A DNA stretch of 64,000 bases from an uncultured Alphaproteobacteria bacterium. GTDB taxonomy: Bacteria; Pseudomonadota; Alphaproteobacteria; HIMB59; GCA-002718135. The stretch is from positions 57,098 through 121,097 of the forward strand of contig CACJRY010000003.1 in NCBI GenBank assembly GCA_902595855.1, in the 5' to 3' direction. Below are positions 57,574-64,000 of the stretch, piece after piece. Positions within the stretch are counted from its first letter, which is position 1. Each line of letters begins with the position of its first letter. The notes beneath the pieces were generated by a model. The model was given only the letters and a program-made list of their open reading frames with translations, made no database searches and was not told where the DNA came from. The position numbers and the translations under genes are program-made.

Positions 57574-58434
57574 TTAAAAACTAAGTAAATATAGGAAAAT
57601 CATAGCACCAAAAACATTATTTTGGCGAAATATTTTCCCAGAGTCACTCTCTGATTTATGATCCCATCTTAATAAATTAAAAAAAATGAAGATAATTATG
57701 GCTAATAAAACAAACATTGTAATTAGTTTATTGGTTTTAAGAAAAGACAAATATACAATAAGTAAAGACATTAATGTGTAGCAAGCTAAAACTAAATACC
57801 TACCTTTCTCCTGGAACAAAACTGCTGTAGATTTTATTTTGTTTTTCATATCATCTTTTAAATCTTGAAATGCATAAATTGTATCATATCCTATAGTCCA
57901 AAATACACATGCTAGATAAAATATAAAAAACTCTTTAGTTATTGTTCCAAAAAATTCTATAGAGCAAATAATAATTCCCCAATTAAAAACTATACCTAGA
58001 AATAATTGAGGCCAAAAAGTTATTCTTTTCATAAATGGATACATAACAATCAGAGGTGTGCAAACTAATCCAGCCAAAATAGTCTCAAATTTAAATTGTA
58101 ATAAAATCAACAGTCCAATTGTTAAAAGTATAATTAAAAAAATAATTGCATTTAAATTTGAAATTTTTTTTGCTGCAATAGGTCTTAACGCTGTTCGCTT
58201 AATTTTCGAGTCAATTTTTTGGTCTACTAAATCATTAATGATACATCCAGCACTTCTCATGACCACTGCCCCAAACAAGAATAATAGATAATAAGTAATT
58301 AAAGTGTGTTGTGGTAAATTAATGTAAGCAAGAGAAAACCAGCATGGCCATAATAATAGCATAAAACCAATAGGTTTATTTAATCTGATTAATTCTAAAT
58401 AATTATTTATTTTTTCAGGAAATATTTTATCCAT
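57574..58434 (-). CDS. ubiA: 4-hydroxybenzoate polyprenyltransferase
   Basis: 286 aa, polytopic, with UbiA motif NDLVDQKIDSKIKRT. Confidence 0.85.
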   Translation of the reverse strand: MDKIFPEKINNYLELIRLNKPIGFMLLLWPCWFSLAYINLPQHTLITYYLLFLFGAVVMRSAGCIINDLVDQKIDSKIKRTALRPIAAKKISNLNAIIFLIILLTIGLLILLQFKFETILAGLVCTPLIVMYPFMKRITFWPQLFLGIVFNWGIIICSIEFFGTITKEFFIFYLACVFWTIGYDTIYAFQDLKDDMKNKIKSTAVLFQEKGRYLVLACYTLMSLLIVYLSFLKTNKLITMFVLLAIIIFIFFNLLRWDHKSESDSGKIFRQNNVFGAMIFLYLLSF

Positions 58435-58477
58435 CTTGATATAAAGATTATAATTAAATTATTAATAAACTATTGTT

Positions 58478-59230
58478 ATGAAAAAGTCTAAAACCCGATT
58501 GTTTATCGAAAAGGAAATTTCTCAAAATTTGATGATTTATATCAAAGGGAAACAACTTCATTTTCTTAAAAATGTTCTAAGAGTCAAATTGGATGATATA
58601 ATAACTATTTTTGATGGTATTAGCGGTGAATGGTATGCAAATATCATATCAATTTCAAAAGAAAAAATAGCTATTAAAGTTCTTAAAAATATCAGAAAGT
58701 TTGAGTCCCAACCAGATATTTGGTTAATATTTGCACCAATTAAAATTTTTAGACTAAATATCACTATTCAAAAAGCTGTTGAATTAGGTGTTTCAAAGCT
58801 TGTACCCTGCAAAACTGAATATTCTAATTTTGCAAAATTAAATTATAATAATCTTGAATTAAATGCCATTGAAGCATCACAACAATGTGAAAGACTGGAT
58901 GTTCCAAAAATAGAAAAAATTATTAATCTTGAATCCTTATTGAATGACTTTCCAAGTGACCGTGCTCTTGTTTTTTGTGATGAGTCAGATTTAAGTCTCC
59001 CCTCTATATATGAAGAGGTAAAATCTAAAGTTTCGATTTACTCAAAATGGGCAGTTATTATAGGTCCTGAGGGTGGTTTTAGTGATCAAGAAAAGAAAAA
59101 ACTTATCAAAGCAAAAAATGTTTTGCGCGTCACTCTTGGTAAAAGAATTTTAAGATCTGACACTGCTGCTATTTCTTCACTTTTTTGCATCCAGTCCTTA
59201 ATAGATAAGCGACAACCTGTCCTAAAATAA
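58478..59230 (+). CDS. rsmE: 16S rRNA (uracil1498-N3)-methyltransferase
   Basis: 250 aa with an N-terminal PUA-like region and the C-terminal block IGPEGGFS. Confidence 0.85.
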   Translation: MKKSKTRLFIEKEISQNLMIYIKGKQLHFLKNVLRVKLDDIITIFDGISGEWYANIISISKEKIAIKVLKNIRKFESQPDIWLIFAPIKIFRLNITIQKAVELGVSKLVPCKTEYSNFAKLNYNNLELNAIEASQQCERLDVPKIEKIINLESLLNDFPSDRALVFCDESDLSLPSIYEEVKSKVSIYSKWAVIIGPEGGFSDQEKKKLIKAKNVLRVTLGKRILRSDTAAISSLFCIQSLIDKRQPVLK

Positions 59231-59237
59231 AGACTAG

Positions 59238-59262
59238 ATAAGCAGCTTAAACTGCTGCTTAT
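59238..59262 (+). terminator. weak hairpin after rsmE
   Basis: ATAAGCAGC pairs with GCTGCTTAT (9 bp) around a 7-nt loop. It is followed by only TT and then an A-run, so termination efficiency is doubtful. Confidence 0.3.
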
Positions 59263-59291
59263 TTAAAAAAATAGTATATATACATTCAAAA

Positions 59292-61704
<2,413 letters not shown>

Positions 61705-61706
61705 TA

Positions 61707-62630
61707 TTGGTGAATAACACACCTTCAGCAGTTAATTATAGTGAAAATATTTTTGTAAAAAAATTACAAGGATATTTTTATCTAATGAAACCAAGGGTAA
61801 TGATCCTTGTTATTTTTACTGCTTTTGTTGGTATGATGTTAGCTCCTGAAACAATAACTCCAATAAATTACTTCTATGTTTTACTAGCAGTGACTTTAGG
61901 AGCAGGTTCATCAGCTGCAATCAATATGTGGTTTGATGAAGATATTGATAGGAGTATGGAGAGAACAAAAACAAGACCTATACCTCTTGGAATTATATCC
62001 AAAAATGAAGCTTTAATTTTTGGAATTTTAACAGGCATATTATCTTTATTTGTAATGTATTACGCGAGCAACACACTAGCAACTGGTTTGCTTTTGTTCA
62101 CAATTTTATTTTATGTTCTCATTTATACTTTTTGGTTAAAGCGAAGCACATCTTTGAATATAGTAATAGGTGGTGCTGCTGGAGCAATCCCTCCTATTAT
62201 TGGTTGGGCAGCTGTTATTCCTGAAATAAGTTATTTACCTATTGTGATGTTTTTGATTATATTTTTTTGGACTCCCCCTCACTTTTGGGCATTATCAGTA
62301 TATAGATTTCATGATTATGAAAAAGTAAAAGTACCAATGTTACCTAATGTAAAAAGTATTGCTGATACAAAAAATCAAATTATTTATTATACCATACTTT
62401 TAATAATATTAAGTTACACTCCTTTGTACAGTAATCTTATAGGCTATCTCTATTTGCTTATAGCGAGTGTACTCAATTTTGTTTTAATCAGAAGTGCATT
62501 TAAATTAAAAAAAACAGTTGAGGTAAAAGATCAACCAAATGCAGAAGGTTTAAGATTTTTTGCATTAACAATATTTTATTTATTTAGTTTATTTAGTGCC
62601 CTTTTAATTGATAATTTAATTTTACTATGA
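61707..62630 (+). CDS. ctaB: protoheme IX farnesyltransferase (heme O synthase)
   Basis: 307 aa, polytopic, with UbiA-family block NMWFDEDIDRSMERTKTRP. Start is TTG (61707) or GTG (61710). Confidence 0.9.
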   Translation: MVNNTPSAVNYSENIFVKKLQGYFYLMKPRVMILVIFTAFVGMMLAPETITPINYFYVLLAVTLGAGSSAAINMWFDEDIDRSMERTKTRPIPLGIISKNEALIFGILTGILSLFVMYYASNTLATGLLLFTILFYVLIYTFWLKRSTSLNIVIGGAAGAIPPIIGWAAVIPEISYLPIVMFLIIFFWTPPHFWALSVYRFHDYEKVKVPMLPNVKSIADTKNQIIYYTILLIILSYTPLYSNLIGYLYLLIASVLNFVLIRSAFKLKKTVEVKDQPNAEGLRFFALTIFYLFSLFSALLIDNLILL

Positions 62631-62734
62631 AGAAACCAAAGAAGAAGAATTTTATTACTTTGTTAATTTTACTAGCTATAGTTGCATTTTTTTACTTATG
62701 GACGATGTATAAGGCCAACATACTTGGGGTGTAA
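62627..62734 (+). CDS. 35-aa single-TM protein between ctaB and ctaG
   Basis: Not in the ORF track (too short). ATG overlaps the ctaB stop (ATGA). Translation: MKKPKKKNFITLLILLAIVAFFYLWTMYKANILGV. The stop is immediately followed by the ctaG GTG. A small ORF at this position is known in alphaproteobacterial cta clusters. Confidence 0.5.
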   Translation: MKKPKKKNFITLLILLAIVAFFYLWTMYKANILGV

Positions 62735-63253
62735 GTGACATCACAACAGCGTACTGTAATTATTCTATTCACAATAGTTTTTTTAATGATTACACTTGTT
62801 GCCTTTTCAGTACCATTATATAATTTATTTTGTCGAGTAACTGGATATGGAGGAACAACTAGTTTTTCTGAGAACATTTCAACAATTACCCTTGATCAAG
62901 AAATCAAGCTTCAATTTAATGCTGATGTAAATGATAGTATAAATTGGTCATTTGAAGCACCTCAAGACATTGATTTTAAAATAGGTGAAAACAAATTAGT
63001 TGAATATCAAGCCACAAATCTTTCTAGTGAAACTACTTCAGGCACTGCGACATTTAATGTCCTTCCTGAAAAAGTTGGGCCATATTTTATAAAGACACAA
63101 TGTTTTTGTTTTGAAAAACAAACACTTGAGCCAAATCAGACAGTACAAATGCCTGTTGTATTTTATATTGATCCATCAATAACTGAGGACCCTGCAATGG
63201 TAGATATTGATACGATAACGTTGTCATATACGTTTTTTAAATATATAGAGTAG
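62735..63253 (+). CDS. ctaG: cytochrome c oxidase assembly protein CtaG/Cox11
   Basis: 172 aa with an N-terminal TM and the copper motif CFCF (TQCFCFEKQ). Confidence 0.9.
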   Translation: MTSQQRTVIILFTIVFLMITLVAFSVPLYNLFCRVTGYGGTTSFSENISTITLDQEIKLQFNADVNDSINWSFEAPQDIDFKIGENKLVEYQATNLSSETTSGTATFNVLPEKVGPYFIKTQCFCFEKQTLEPNQTVQMPVVFYIDPSITEDPAMVDIDTITLSYTFFKYIE

Positions 63254-63260
63254 TTAGTTT

Positions 63261-64000
63261 ATGAACGACAATTCTTCTGCAGGACAAAAACATCCTTATC
63301 ATTTAGTAGATCCAAGCCCACTCCCTTTTCTTTCATCTGTAGCAGGTTTGGCTATGGCTGCTGGATTAGTCTTCTATATGCACTACGATACAAAGTGGTT
63401 ATTAATTCTTGGAACAATAGGCTTATTAACAGTAATGTTTTTATGGTGGAGAGATGTCGTAAAAGAGTCAACATTTCAACAAGCCCATACGCCAGTTGTT
63501 GAACTTGGTTTACGTTATGGAATGGCCCTATTTATTGCATCAGAGGTTATGTTTTTTGTCGCATTTTTTTGGGCTTTTTTTGATGCGAGTCTTACACCTA
63601 AACTGCCAATTGAAGAATTTGCTGAGACTTTTGAGTCAAATGGAGCGGTTGGAGTTTGGCCTCCTGAAGGCATCAAAACATTTGATCCATTAGATATTCC
63701 TTTCTTGAATACACTCATATTGTTAATGTCTGGAACTACATGTACTTGGGCTCATCATGCTGTTAGAGAAGGACATCGGGATCAAGCAATTCAAGCTCTT
63801 TGGATTACCGTTGGTTTAGGAATTTTTTTTACATTACTTCAGGCTTTTGAATATTATGAAGCATTTCATCACTACTTCAAGTTTACAGATGGAATTTACC
63901 CTTCTGTTTTTTATATGGCAACTGGTTTCCATGGCTTTCATGTTATTGTAGGAACAGCATTTTTAGCAGTCTGCTTATTTAGAGTTTATAAAAATCACAT
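63261..64000 (+). CDS. ctaE: cytochrome c oxidase subunit III (3' end beyond the window)
   Basis: My translation from the ATG at 63261 reads MNDNSSAGQKHPYHLVDPSP ... FFWAFF ... GFHGFHVIVG. The ORF is open to the window end. Confidence 0.92.
   Translation, partial: MNDNSSAGQKHPYHLVDPSPLPFLSSVAGLAMAAGLVFYMHYDTKWLLILGTIGLLTVMFLWWRDVVKESTFQQAHTPVVELGLRYGMALFIASEVMFFVAFFWAFFDASLTPKLPIEEFAETFESNGAVGVWPPEGIKTFDPLDIPFLNTLILLMSGTTCTWAHHAVREGHRDQAIQALWITVGLGIFFTLLQAFEYYEAFHHYFKFTDGIYPSVFYMATGFHGFHVIVGTAFLAVCLFRVYKNH

Overview
The window is AT-rich and extremely gene-dense. I count about 64 protein genes, many overlapping by 1-40 nt. I found no rRNA, tRNA, CRISPR array, transposase or integrase. Gene content and order (ribF-ileS-lspA, ubiA-msbA-DUF374-waaA-lpxK-lpxL, ctaC-ctaD-ctaB-small ORF-ctaG-ctaE) point to a streamlined marine alphaproteobacterium of the SAR11/Pelagibacterales type or the related HIMB59/AEGEAN-169 type. 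That placement is inference and cannot be verified here. Positions 1-6.0 kb form one minus-strand string: galE-galT-sufE-glcB-aldehyde dehydrogenase. Positions 6.1-42.4 kb are a carbohydrate and organic-acid utilisation island. It holds three ABC importers, an IclR regulator, and four enolase-superfamily dehydratases, including clear L-rhamnonate and L-fuconate dehydratase homologues. It also holds an L-rhamnose mutarotase, a COG3618 sugar lactonase, the SDR, FAH-hydrolase and FMN lactate-dehydrogenase genes of the non-phosphorylative 6-deoxyhexose route, an orphan iolD, xylA and gloA. Positions 42.4-64 kb are core housekeeping genes: translation and RNA modification, pgi, lipid A/Kdo assembly, ubiA, and the aa3 cytochrome oxidase operon. 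There are four best candidates for undescribed biology. (1) An iolD + minimal CUT2 transporter + PhyH + Gfo/Idh/MocA + DUF1479 module that lacks the other iol genes. Its permease carries a hydrophilic loop of about 175 residues. (2) A CoA-ester module translationally chained to fucD, made of a divergent MaoC pair, a signal-peptide-less SBP-fold protein, a family III CoA-transferase and an atypical enolase. (3) A Rieske-fold mini-protein in which both His ligands are Cys. (4) A MetE-catalytic-domain protein that ends the rhamnose-mutarotase operon. All calls come from by-eye motif recognition and the supplied ORF track. No database search or computation was possible.
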